This document shows, in pieces, positions 25,801 to 38,840 of a stretch of DNA of 64,000 nucleotides. Numbering within the stretch: the stretch's first letter is position 1; each line of letters starts with the position of its first letter. Source of the stretch: Catajapyx aquilonaris (Eukaryota); NCBI GenBank assembly GCA_000934665.2, contig JYFJ02001157.1:1-64000 (forward strand). The letters run 5' to 3'. The notes beneath the pieces were generated by a model that was not told the DNA's origin, ran no database searches, and was given only the letters and a program-made list of their open reading frames with translations. Position numbers and translations under genes: made by a program.

Positions 25801-28706
25801 ATGTAAAGAAGTGGGCGAAATGTTAAGAAATATTCCAGGTTCCTAAAATGCTTTAACCTCCGGAGACCCCTGGTACAGTATACTGTACCTTTGTTTTTTC
25901 CAGCACCTTCTGACTAACTCAAACGCGTAAGAAAACAAAGGTACAGTATACTGTACCAGGGGTCTCAGGAGGATTATTGTTGCCTTTCAAGTTGGCAACT
26001 TGGCTTCAATTCCGGTAAGCATTAACATCAGGCAAAGATTGAAAGAGTTGCGTTTGGAAGTGTCCATTGTTCTGTTCTCTTCCTTCGAGGACACTCGAAA
26101 TGGTCCTTTCTCCCATTCCCCTGCCGTACCATTACGGAAGTCATGCTGCAACCATTTGTTTATTTACCCAACAGCACAGCAACACCCAGTCGTATTTTTA
26201 CCCAGAAGTGACAGGGACACTGTCACCAAGTCATGCATAATATTTTTGATTCCGTCATTATATTACGAATGGCATTCAAACTGTATCATCCTGTTGCATT
26301 GTGACGTTTAAGCCTCAGAAAATTGGAGATTAAGTTAGCGATTTAATCCTCAATTATGGCGAACTAATCAGCTTACCTTTAAGAATATTTATTCTGAAAG
26401 TTTATGTCACTGACATTGAGAGGCTTTGAAATCCTTGTCCCTTTCTAGTTGTGTCATCGGCCATTCTAATAAATAAAACTGATAAGTGAAGATACGAATA
26501 TGGTGCAGAGAGTACGGAGAGAGGAAGCGCCCATATAAATAAAGGAATGAACCTTGACTCTTTGGTGTCGAGGAAAAAAAACCCATATAAAACCTTGCCG
26601 TTGTATATTTTGACGGCACACGATGTCAGGAATTTTTGACCTGTCACTTTCACTTTTCCACTTCTTCTCTATTAATTATGACAGTCACGATACTGTTGGT
26701 TGAGTTGTATCGCTCTGGAAATCTAATGTTGGGCGATGATGCGCAGTGCAATCCATATATGACGAATTCGGTATGTCGACGATGTCATCTTAGGTGCAGA
26801 CGCGTAACGTGTACTTCAGAATGGCAACGAATTTACAGATAAGTAAACAACAAATTGTTTAAATTTTTTATATAAATTAGATACAAATAAATAAAGTTAT
26901 TCACCGATTTTAAAAAAACTTACATTATATCAGTTTGATCGCCATCGACTATATCAATAAATTTTCTACATATCTACAATGTTTTCTCCTGGTAAAATAT
27001 TTATATTATTTTACTAAAATCAACAAATGCTATTTACAATATTTTACCTGTTGCACGAGCGATCCTTTTTTATTAATCATATGCAGTAGTAGATTACTAC
27101 GGTTGTTACAACGTAAAACCTGAGTACCGGTACTTGTATGTTAATTTTTTTTCCGTCATCGAAGGGCACAATCTCACGCAATAATGATGAGGTCACAACC
27201 TCATCAATCTCCTTACAATAACTTCCTCAGGAGAGTGTAAAATATCGTCCTGAAGACCGCTGACTCGGAGGCCGTCATAATATTTTGACATACCGTTATG
27301 CAATTACAAGTCACCATCGATATTGTTAGTTTAATATCAAATGATAAGTAAATGATGTAAGTTAAACTCATCTAAATAAATTTTGCATAAGGCATCAGAT
27401 GTCGTCCAAAAATATCATTAAGTAGATACACCGCACTTGAAAAATACTATACCAACTACTTGTATTTAACCTCCTGAGACCCAGAGTACAGTACACTGTA
27501 CCTTTGTTTTTTGGGTTTTTACGCGTTTGAGTTAGTGAAAAGGTGCTGGAAAAAACAAAGGTACAGTATACTGTACCAGGGGTCTCAGGAGGTTAAAAGT
27601 TTATTTTATTAAATAAATTATTGGAGCCACAATGAAGCCAAAATTCACGATTATGCAGTAATTTAAGGTTGTAATTTCTGCTATGTTGATATAATAAGTC
27701 TGGCTCTTTGCAGTTCACACCATTTAACCTTTAAAATTACAACCAGGCTTTGATTCAACCTGAAGTGGCCAATTTGACTGTGGTCACGTCCAGCAAACAC
27801 TCTAGACACGCGTCGTTCATTTACACTATAGGGTTCATTACAAACTTAACCCTAATGGACCCACAGGATTATAAAAAAGAAGAAGAAGAGGCCTAAAAGG
27901 GAAAGGAACTACAGCCCGTCCCAGAAATAAGTGCCTACGTAATCAGAAGAAAGTGCCTTAGGTGATAGTGGCCTTGCCTTGGGCTGGTCATACCATCATC
28001 ACTTATATGTCTTCCGTTGACTAATTTGCACCGGAATTTGGTTTTTAAGATCCGGTTTGGAGAAAGGGGACATCTCCAAAAAATATATGGATAGATTGAA
28101 AAATATTTCAGTTACGTCAGTGATTCGGATTATCTGACCCGGTTTCACTTTCGGTGAACTTGAGAAGGAAGAGGGGGAAAGTTGTACTTGGTTTTTAGGG
28201 TGGACTGGGGCTGGTGAGTCCTCTTCAAGTTCACCTTGACCTCAAATTGAAATTTAAAAAATGATGCTACATTCACACGGCATCATATCAAGCCAGAAGT
28301 CGATATGATAATCCCTGATATGTTGATAAATACAACCGATAATTTTTTTTTGTACTTCAAATTTGCAGAAATTCAGTCTAACACAAAATTCACACCAGGA
28401 TAATTAAATGTCTGCTGAAAATTTTTTAAACTTACATTTCATGGACGAATTTGAGTTGAAATATTTAATTCGAGTTTAAAATTGTGTTTATGAATTTACT
28501 GCATGATTTCGCACGATTTCACAATCCGATTTCATTTGAAATTAGCCATTTTGACCACCAATTGCAAGTTCTAACATTCGCCAATTTTTTTCACAAAAAA
28601 AGTTCGTTTAAATCCCTAATTTGGTTTAATTTGAGTGTGCCAAAAATCAGGGACTCACCAATAGGAGGGCCCGGAACGGCGCCGGTCCTTTCACCCAAGA
28701 AATCAT
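13869..28706 (-). CDS. Secreted cuticular protein: chitin-binding R&R-type domain, giant Gly-X-Pro repeat region and Cys-containing tail (~1,643 aa, 7 exons)
   Basis: Phase-consistent exons: 28659-28706, 20840-21011, 20239-20532, 19668-19703, 16159-19020, 14504-15466, 13869-14425. R&R-like [66 protein letters not shown] triplets. Exon 1 is the least certain part. Confidence 0.88.
14520..15060 (-). repeat. Coding tandem repeat, ~4 copies of a 126-bp (42-aa) unit
   Basis: GGTCCTGTAGGTCTTCC recurs at 14644, 14770, 14896 and 15022 (period 126). Confidence 0.95.
19774..20200. mobile_element. 427-bp MITE with long TIRs and TTAA target duplication (Kolobok-like)
   Basis: TTAA|AGGGACACTCCACTCAAAATACAAGTTGG ... 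CCAACTTGCATTTTGAGTGGAGTGTCCCT|TTAA; imperfect TIR continues for roughly 80 bp. Purine-purine termini with a TTAA TSD fit the Kolobok superfamily. Confidence 0.88.
25857..25972. mobile_element. ~120-bp piggyBac-like MITE, copy 2
   Basis: Near-identical to 8081-8202; left flank TTAA, right flank ATTA. Confidence 0.88.
27470..27592. mobile_element. ~120-bp piggyBac-like MITE, copy 3 (opposite orientation)
   Basis: TTAA|CCTCCTGAGACCC...GGGTCTCAGGAGG|TTAA; internal spacer is reverse-complemented relative to copies 1 and 2. Confidence 0.9.
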
Positions 28707-28757
28707 GGGAAGAACCACGTCGCCTTTCCTTCCTCCTCGTCCCGACTCAAGCCGCTC

Positions 28758-28793
28758 ACTGACGCATCTTCGCCAACATTATTTGGTCTTATA
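28758..28793 (-). promoter_or_regulatory. Core promoter (TATA plus arthropod initiator) of the cuticular protein gene
   Basis: Minus-strand TATAAGA (28793-28787) lies about 30 nt upstream of TCAGT (28762-28758), which is about 54 nt upstream of the predicted ATG. Confidence 0.6.
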
Positions 28794-29504
28794 GGCTCCG
28801 GACCGGTCCGCCCCATCCAGGTGGGGAGGTTGGTGGGAGGAGGAGGAGGAGGGAAGGCTTCGTCTTCTTCTTCTTCTTCTTCTTCTTTTTTTTTTGCAAT
28901 TTCCTTTATACGATGCCCTCCCTCACGTCATACTACCACCGCCGAGGGTCATTCTCCGGGCAGGTCAAATTTCGACTGGATTACTGTACACTGGACAGGT
29001 AGGGGGTTATGCAACAGGTAGCGGGGTAAAGAGTGGGCGATACTTGATCTGGGGGGGAAAAACCACGTATCGAGTCCAAAGAAAATGGAGAGGATTTGTT
29101 CCATCAGCGTGATCTGTACTTTAAATTGAAGAAAGAATGATGTCATTGTTGTCATTACTCAGCATGTTACCATAACAATGGAAACAAAGGCGATACGAGG
29201 CCAGAGTGAAAAATTAGGATAATTCTGGATTCATTACGGATGTAAAACACTTCAGGCGACCTGCACGGATAATTAGGGGGTGGAACAACAATAAATAAAC
29301 TGACGTGTGTAAATGTAACATGCAATTACCATCAAAATGAGACCAAAAACCGCCAAGAGCACAATTTAGCATTACTTGCCAGAAGTATAGCAATATAATA
29401 TTAAAATAATTAAGATATTGTAAGTAGATGGTTCTTACAGCGAAACTACTTATGCAGTTTTCTTCTGTAGGTGTTGGGCGCTAGCACAATATTTGCCTTA
29501 ATTC

Positions 29505-30057
29505 ATGGGCACTTTACTTGCGGTTGTAGGCGTGGTGTTAGGACTTCGAACCTTGGTAAGCACTGGTTATAGTGTTGGGCGGAGGTCAGTTATATGATTT
29601 TTGTGGTTAGAGGCATGGACCTGTTCCTTTGCTTAACTCAGGTACAATATATGGCAATGACCCCCAAGTGTCTCTTTCCAAGTAATGTGCTGGGCAACAT
29701 TACGTACGTGCAGCTCCATCTCTCACAAAAGAACTCTGACATTCAAGGTAGAGCCATTGCTTCATTTAAGCCTATTCCGAGTCGATCATTGGTAGGCCTA
29801 GCAGGTGAGAGGTGATCTCCACGTCATGAATGTCTTGTGATTGGTATTTATTGAGTTCCTTTTGTCTGTCCGTCTTCAGGTGATTGCATATGCCCGTGGC
29901 CAAGGCCGTGGCTTGCATTTAATGGATAGAATCAGCAGGACCGTATGTACGCACACAATACGCACTGACAAGCCGGTACACTCTTCAGAAAAATATGGAG
30001 ACTGAGTCTTTGGCCTGGACTGTACATAGTGTATGGAAACCACGAGTTAGGACGTAA
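29505..30057 (+). CDS. Possible small orphan multi-exon gene (~110 aa, hydrophobic N-terminus)
   Basis: Phase-0 exon chain 29505-29555, 29642-29791, 29880-29942, 29989-30057 with GT-AG sites; no recognisable homology. Confidence 0.2.
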
Positions 30058-33000
30058 TGAAACAAGTCCTGGAAAGAACCGACTCAAACCAGCAGGGAAC
30101 CAGGCACGTTCCTCTCCATGCAATCTCAAGAAGAGTTGGGAGGTGGTGGTAAGAAACAATTTACAAAACTCATAGACTCGTTTTGTGGTAGATAAATGGA
30201 CTCATTGTGTGAGTCAACGAGCTGGTTTGTTGGGAGTCAATAATCGCCAGCAGTAAGTGCAACACCCTGTGAAGAGGAGCCTTTAAGCCCTGGTAAGGCT
30301 GAAATTTCCTCCGTGAAGGAATGAAGGGAGGGCCACTTTTTCGGACGTCACCAGAGCTCCTTTGGGTGGACACCAACTCATTTACATCGTACTTAAGATG
30401 CAGAAGAAGCAAGCAGCTGCCGATTTGTCCCATCCCTTTAGTCACAAGGGATAAGTCACAGGGGGAGCAATTTATCGAGAAATGTCAGTTGAAACAGTAG
30501 CATCAGTTGAACATACTAAATGTGTCAGCTTCTAATAAAATCATCGGACATGTCCAGTCAGTGTCAATCTCCTCCTCTGAACAATTGGGCATTAATCCGA
30601 TAATGGCAGACACCTTTCGTCTGATGATATAAATCATGGGAGCCCTCCTTGATATCAGGTGCGCCCCAGCAAATGTAACGTAATATGTAATTGATGCCCT
30701 CGTTAGAGACGCATGAAGCGGATGGTTGAGATCGTGCGAAGGAGATTCATTCCAGTTCGGTGAAAGGATTTTATTCGATGGACGGACCGGGGATTCATTC
30801 GCACCGTCCAAGGTCTGATGGCGTGTAAAAACTGTTTGACTTTCACTGTTTCACATATTACACACGTTCCAGATGCTTTTGTCATAGCAGAATCGGTGTG
30901 CACCTCAGCAATTCGAGCAATTTCGCCGGTTTCCATGGGAAACAAGCAATGATGACCCTGTGCTCTTAAAAATTAATATTTTTTTAAACTGAAAAAATAA
31001 TGGATTTTTGGCATCTACTCCGAATTGTAGTCAGTCGACGGATCAGGTTTGTTGTTGCTTCCTTGTTCGCGGATGCAACATGTTTTTGCACCTCGGCTTT
31101 AAGTGTATGTTCCCAACATATTGCTTGCTAATGCCTAAGCGGAAATATCCAGGTGAAATCATAAGTTGTTCAAAAATAGCCCAATGCCAAAAGTGGCGTC
31201 AAATTACGTACTTTACGCCTCGGTAATACTGTAGTAATTTCTTTTTGCACAATTTTTACCTCGTTTGCACCTTCGTGCTTCAATGGGCAGCGTGATATTT
31301 TCGTCGCCATATGGTTACTAATATGGTCATTAATAATAACCATCACTTTCGATCCACTTGTGTGCGTTACGGCTTAATATTTCCCTATTTGTCTCATAAA
31401 TATCGCTTTCTTTATTATAATTTTGGCAATAAATATTTTCCGTAATATTTCCGTATGCTTTCCATATAAAGAGTATGCCACATATTACGATGTCGCCAGC
31501 TTTCTTCATCATCATCCGCCTCCATTACTTTCGTTGTTCATTACGCCTTATTTATTTGCTTAGCCATATTTATACAAACGTTTGCGGAATTCCGGTATTA
31601 CCAGTATTTAACTAACGCCTTATGCACATTAATTAAAACGGTGCATCATTTCACTTGTGCATATTTAGCAGGTACTGTTATACAACGTAACTCTGAAAAA
31701 AAAACATATTCAAAACGCGTGTTACATACTGATACCCGCACCCTCATACGGACAAGGATGACCTTTTGGACGACACGGTACGACAAAGTCCGCTCGAAAA
31801 GTTTTGTGAGAGTTGTTCAGACCAGTAAGCCAATAATGTTGGCCAACTCTTATTTACGATGAACTTCTCAACTATTTTGTATAGTAGGTTTCACTCAAAT
31901 TATTGAGTTAAGTCCAATCCTTCATTCCACCAAAAAATTCTTCTGTTTGTAACATTGTAGCAGTGATTCCAACCCTCGTTTCAATCGACAATATCCCTAG
32001 GTCGTCCACGTGACATCCGAATGTCCGGTCCATCTTGTCCAATTAAGTGACGTCATAATGGCTGACCCACCTGGTTATTCCCGGGAATAACCAGGTGGGT
32101 CAGCCATGGGCCCAGACCCTTAAGTCGCATCAGGGGTGAGCCAGGCCATTCGCCTCGATCAGTGGCCTTTTGCCAGATTTTTCCCAGGATTCCGAGCAGC
32201 AAGTTTAGTTGTCTCCAAAGCAAAAGACCGACACTCCTCCTTAGTTGGAGGGTTGCGAATGATCCTTCTTCATTCCCAACTCGCTCGCTTACGTGGTCTG
32301 GATGCTTAACTACTGTACTTGCCCCTGAGTCAACGATGGACAATATTTTATTCCTTGCGCGGCCGGCTTTATGCAGATTACCATTGAAAATCCCGGAACA
32401 TACAAAAAAAAACTGGCCGTTGGGAAAAACCATGTCACTGGCCAGCAGTTCCTGGTATAACCCAGGGTATATGCAGGATTCTTGGAAAGTCCCATATGAC
32501 AATATGAGTGGCGTATGGAATTTTCATGGGGTAATTTGTTGCATCAGAAGTGCAACAATCACAAAGGGAGTATGTGTAAAATATAAATATAGAGACATCG
32601 CGACACCAGGGCGACACGTCCTTACAACAGGGTAATAAATAAAATGTGGGAAACAACTATTTTCTATACATAAGTGTCCAAGCATTCCAATTATGCTTTT
32701 ACATCGAATAAGGCAATGATGACTCGGGAAGTCTAGAGGAAGTAATATTTATTGCGCTTCTTAACAGCCTTTTGGTACCCCTAGTAGGCAGTTACATATC
32801 ATCTGCAGAATTGCAATTTTGATGTAAGTTGCGAAACAGGTTCGACTTGCATGCAAGGTGTCATAGGGTGGTCCACAGTCCAACAATGGAGGCGGCGAGT
32901 GAATAGTTTTTTCCACCAACAACCAGTTTAAAGGGAAAAAACAACAATCATGTGATATGCATTCCTGGTTGGTTATTTGAACTGGTTTCTAATTAGCAGT

Positions 33001-33888
33001 CCATAATTGTGGAGCATCTCATGAATCTATAAGAAAAATGTGCGAATTAAACAATTAATTATGGTGGTCCAAAACATGGGAAAAATTCACTCAGAATATG
33101 TTTCTATTTCTATGATCAATTGGTACGTACATGTTATGCCCACTGATGTTCATTAATATTATTGGCCAACAATGCCGGAATTGACCAGCTTTCAATCCCA
33201 TAAAAGCCAAAGAACGTGAGAGTGAATGAGCGTCTGATTAATTCAATCCGGTGATCTCAAACAATATATTTGAATGCACTTTTCATTGGGTCTGGTGCAC
33301 CCCACGGTGCAGTCGTGCCAGTGCCAGCAACGTGTTGGGGTTGCAGATGCGTCCAGGATAGATCATCTCCATCAAGGGTGGGCATCTTCCATCATCCAAG
33401 GCCAAGTGGGTGTGGGTGGAGATCAAATTCCAACGGAGGAATTTGCTCACAATATCGCATAGGTGTCCGTATGTGCAAGGACACATTCGCCTTTACAGTC
33501 ATGTGTGAAAAAGATTTCAAGCAGAAGCATCCGGTTGAGTTATTTTCACTATACAGGGTGTTCCAACTAGAGCGGTCAATCAAGTGCAATTACTATAATT
33601 GGATGATCAGGATTGCTATTTTTGGCAGCTTATTACTACCATTACAGGATCGGGTTCGGTATGACATCTAATGTCAACCTGTCGACCCATCAATGCTGGG
33701 AGGCCTTGAAGCATATAAACATATTCTAAAAAAGAAAAGAAGCTGCCCTTGAACAGTACGCGTTAAATGTATAAAAAACGGAAGCATCCTGTACCAGCAT
33801 AAAATTCAGAACCAACTACAGGGTGGTGCAACAATTAGCGACAATTAGTTTGTGCAATCTGGACTACATGGTGTATGAAATTATTCGC

Positions 33889-33961
33889 TTCATGGACCTA
33901 TCACTCTTAACCATTTACCTTCTCTAGAGAGGGTAAATGGTTAAGAGTGTAGGTCCATGAA
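33889..33961. repeat. Near-perfect 73-bp inverted repeat (hairpin)
   Basis: TTCATGGACCTA(T)CACTCTTAACCATTTACCTTCTC-TA-GAGAGGGTAAATGGTTAAGAGTGTAGGTCCATGAA. Confidence 0.9.
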
Positions 33962-34666
33962 TAGCTCCATGAAGTGAATTTTTAAGCAGGATTCTCCAGT
34001 TGAAGCAACTTATCATACTTTTCCAACACATTATGCCCGAACATAGCCCAGGGAGGGGGTCCACTAAAATGTGACATTCCATGACACCCCCCCCCCCAAC
34101 AGGTCACAAACAACCCCCATTATCCCAGGTCAGCAACCAGCAAGTCACGTGCCTGCAATGACTTATTTCAACTCCCCTATTTCTCACCCAGACATACCCT
34201 ATACGTGTACTCACGGACAAACCGCAAACCCTCCACATTTGGACAAATTATCTGGAGGCTACATCTGAAAGATGGGACGAGTTACAAGCCGTGGGTTGTA
34301 ATCAGACGAGCCTTCCCTTCTTTTGCGACCTGTCTTAAGATTCCGCCAGTGGCTCTTATCGCCCTTCGTGCTCTTTTTCTCAGGCACAACCAAGTCTTAA
34401 TCCCACAAATCAAAAGGAGGATGATGCTGGTGTATTACAGGCACGTACCCTAGTGCAGATTGAGCCAGATAGACCCGGCTTTTATATCGCCAAGAGGGGG
34501 ATATTTAGTGACCAGATTTGGCTGGAAACTAGTCTGTCCGGAGATGCAGTAAACGGACAGGAAGTCATGGCGTGGGACAGATCTTCTTAGGACAGACTTC
34601 CACGAATTGATGTGCAGGTTTTAGCTTTAAAAAATTTAAGTTGAAGTTAACTACACATTATTCTTC

Positions 34667-35085
34667 TGAACTTAGCAAAAATTAAAAGAATTCCAAATTA
34701 TTTGTGATTTTTATGAGTGATTTCATGAATGATATGAGTGATTTGACTCATATCACTCACAAAAATTACTCGTATCATTCATGAAATCACTAATAATTTT
34801 GAATTCATTTAATTATATTTGCTAAGTTCATATCATTCATGAAATCACTCATAAAAGCCCTCATGTTATTCATGAATCACTCATAAAATCACTCATATAA
34901 TTCATGAAATCACTCATATCACTCATGAAATCACTCGTATCATTCATGAAATCACTCATAAGAGCCCCCATGTCATTCATGAAATCACTCATAAAATCAC
35001 TCATAAAAGCCCCCATGTCATTCATGAAATCACTCATATCATATGAGTGATACTTGGTATGAAAGTACGAGTGATTTTTATGAGC
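34667..35085. repeat. Minisatellite of AT(G/A)AAATCACTC units with fold-back inversions
   Basis: Repeated TCATGAAATCACTCAT; inverted copies at 34705-34745 and 35043-35085; flank TGAACTTAGCAAA (34667) mirrored at 34818-34830. Confidence 0.9.
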
Positions 35086-37109
35086 CAACATTTTCATATC
35101 AGATTGATTCGCATCAGTAAAATGTGCAAATATTTCTGGCTCAGTATTAGTGTGAATTAGAGCAAAATCACTTCATTTCTATCGGACCACCCTGTATGCC
35201 CTATATGAGTGATGTCATCATCACAATTTATTACCGGGATCCTCATCAGTTGTGAAACAATCCCAGAAACATTAGGAACAATGGATATCGCTAAGTGTTA
35301 CCAGAAGGGGTGAAATCGTGGCAAGAGAATGACGCGCCTTGACACCGAAGTTCAGTTGAGAGACCAAGCGTAACGCATTTAATCGAAGTCTTATTGTTGA
35401 TCCTGGACCAGTCGCGAATTTTTCCGCAATTATTTTTGTTCCCAGGAGAATCGCATCTGAACATAACAGAGACATCATTACGTCACCAACCACGTCACAG
35501 CCTTGGCCCTCCCTCCATTATGTGCCAATAAGGCACAATGAATGGCACAATTGCCCTGAGAGTCACGGCTCCGCCCATCAGATCCGTATAATTAATTAGC
35601 AATATTGCGCCAAATTTTAAACATTTCGTGTCGGACTGTACCTGTCGAACATGCCATATAAGGTTGCCATTGACCACGCCCAGCATCCTTTTGTTCGGAA
35701 AACCTGTCGAAGATGCTCGAGTGTAGTGTGACCGGTAAGTGTGCAGATGACATTTGTACGCTACCCTTAACCCTAATGTGCAAATTTCACCTGATGAGCG
35801 TTGTTTGGGAGAGGTCGATTAGTCTCATTGTGTTGTAATTTGGCAAGGTTATCGCCCATCTCCAAGGATAAGAGGCGGAGAGCAATATAACACATGATGC
35901 TGCGGAATTCCATACGCTAAAAATTTGATTCCAGACAAATCCTGGTTGTAACAATGAAAGGTACACACACATGCACACACGGAAGAAGCATGTGCTGACA
36001 TTCCGATTGTCATCGAGGCACTATCTGGACAGAGTGTTTGTTCACGTAACGTACTTGTCACAATACGTTATGATAACTACAGCATTTTGTCCTCTTACTG
36101 GCCCGAGGGAGAGTTACGAGATCGTGTCCAGGTCTCAACGGATCTGTCCTCTTCTGAGTGCTTATGCCTGTTGGACACGTCACATGCCATCATGTATGCA
36201 AAGCAGCCACTCGCTAATTGGACAGCATCAATCAACCTTAGTACTATACCTACCACCCTTTAACACCGGAAAGTCGAACGTACACTGCATGTGGTACAAG
36301 GTATATGTGAATATATTGATCAAATTCGGCAAATTCACATTTCGCCGAATTTCGCCACATAAATTACTTTATACAACAGGCATTTGCACGCAACATTTTA
36401 ACTCTTCTGAATCATCAACACAGTGATTTCACACATGTAAGCGACGCCAGAGCGTCGATTTCAAACCGGCCGTACCGCACCCAGGGGGGACAGGACAAAC
36501 CACCGGATTTAAATATATGGAAAACTACCATGTGACTTGAGACGCCATAAAGTTGTTCCGCGCGATTTCGCACGGGTAAGGAGGGTCACCTTTCTGTCCC
36601 GGGACATGTAAAAAAAATGCAATGCCCTCGACTGACCCTCCCTCGCCAATCTGAAACCCATTCGGTGTTCACCTGCATCGTAGATGTCAGTTCAAAAAAC
36701 CAGCAGGCCGAGTTTTTGTTTATTTTTATTTTTTATTTACATGGTGGCTTTGCAATGTGTGTAGAGCAAAAGGGTGGGGTGGGGCTTAATTTATGGCGGT
36801 ATGTGCGTGGGCAGCAGGTGCGCCAATTTTCGGCGGCGACTAACTGGCGTTTTTTTAGCGATTCGACGCGGTTCCCAGGCGCGTCTCCTCCGCTCTCAAT
36901 CATTCATTTGTGATGTGGCTGTGAATGGCAAAGAAATGTGATTCATTTTAAATTTTTAATAAGCTTATTAACAAAATAACTTAATATAATAATTAAATAT
37001 AATAGACTAATAATATTATGTTCGTACACTAATAATATACAGTGAAACCTGTCTATGTGGTGGTTCCCAAAAAATATCCAACATATAGGGAGGTGTCCCA
37101 CTTATTAAA

Positions 37110-37450
37110 TAAAAACAATAAATTTAATGATAAATATAGCCTAATAATAAATACATATATAATATAATATAATAATACATCAATAAATAATATAATATAA
37201 TAATACATCAATAAACTGATAAATAATTACTTACCATAATTAATAATAAACAATAAATAAACAATAAACTGATAAATAATTACTTACCATAATTAATAAT
37301 AAACAATAAATAAACAATAAACAATAAATAATAAATTAATAACAATGAATGAATGAATAATATTATACTGTAATACATATTAAATAAAATACATCACATA
37401 ATATTATAATATAACAAAATAATAAATTGGATTAAAATAATATATATATT
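37110..37450. repeat. AT-rich low-complexity tract with short tandem duplications
   Basis: AATAAAC/ATAAT repeats; CAATAAACTGATAAATAATTACTTACCATAATTAATAATAAAC occurs twice. Confidence 0.85.
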
Positions 37451-38642
37451 TAAATATAGCTACCGGTATAGAAAAATGTGCGGAATTTCTCCGCTTCAGG
37501 ATCCTGACGAACATCCGGCGTAGTTTCGTGCCCTGAGACCCATATAGTGCCCATAAAAGGTATTGGGTCAATGCGATGAACCCACAGTATGGGCGGAGCA
37601 GGATTCGGAATTTTTCTTCGAAAAGACCCGCTAATGAACGGCTTTCCATCACTCGTAACACGTTAGGGGCCTTGCAAATGCAAGAAAAACTGCATCCTGC
37701 ACCGGCGCTATTTTTGGAACCGAAAATATTTAAATTGTAGTGTTGAGGTGGGTTGTGCGCATACCGGTGCACAAAAGGCACGATCTTAACCCACTCTCTT
37801 TGTCTACTAATTAAGAAGCCAACATTGTTAAGCCCGATAGCTATAATTAGGCCCTTTTTCAAGACACAAGTTTGCCGCCCCCGCCCCTTCCAAATATTTT
37901 TGGCCGAAGATATTAGATCCGCAAAAATGTGACCTTGATTCGTTTTTGCAAATAGCGTGCAATTGCGGCGCTAATTTCGCATGCGAAGAGGGTTATAGAT
38001 GGCCCGCTGCTTGATTTATTCTCCAGCAACTGGTCCTGCGAGATGGCGAACGGATAAGACTTAGTGGAGACGACTCCACCCAAACCAGTTTCGAATCTCC
38101 ATGAGAATACTGTCAACACTTCAGGACCGGCCAATTAAGTTGATCAGAACTGACTTAGTTAACTCAAGCAATATCAGGCCAAGTGTTATAAGCCGATTAA
38201 TATTATGCAAACAAGTTTAGCTGCTTATGACATCCACAGGTTTTTCGCGAGATGTGTCAATGTCACCATTTCTGGTGTCTTGTTGTTGGACCACCCTGTA
38301 CACACCTAGAGGCTATATCCAACGCCCTAACCATTTGTCAGACAGTATACATCACCTTCCAAAAATAAAAATGGGGTCTGTCCTTATTGTATTCTGACAT
38401 AAGTGAAAATAAGATTGGTGGAGTGAAAGTATACCTGGTCACATATTCGGTTGTAAAAGTAGAGCGGTCAGGCGTGGCACGTGTTATACGCTGGGTTTTA
38501 CCTGCAAAAATGAGTGGGTTCATGTACCGCAAACGTAATCTTCACATGGCCTTGTTTGTCCCATGCATGGTGTCAAATAAACAAGAAGGTGTCACCTGAC
38601 TTTCTACTAATCGACCAATAAAGCTACCGGTAGCCTACACAT

Positions 38643-38840
38643 ACAGTGTTGCCCCGGGCAATGGAAGTTCCGAACATAAGAAATAGTCAACACTGCCGGG
38701 GGCGAAATTGTCACGGGGGCCAATATTCCGGGGGCCTTTGCCAGACTACACACAAGGCCAGGTCACTTCTCTAGAAATGCCCAGCCGAATGCTTCAAAGT
38801 GGAATATGTCGCGGGGGCCAATATGCCGGGGGCGAAAAGT
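38643..38840. mobile_element. Possible hAT-like element end with subterminal repeats
   Basis: Starts CAGTGTTGCC; GCCGGGGGCGAAA and GTC(A/G)CGGGGGCCAATAT are each repeated. The other end was not found. Confidence 0.3.

Noticed and set aside
32860..38300. Scattered CAGGGTG / CACCCTGTA Tc1-mariner-like ends (about 33553, 33818, 35190, 38295)
   Set aside because: Could not be paired into elements with matching TIRs, so they are left unannotated.
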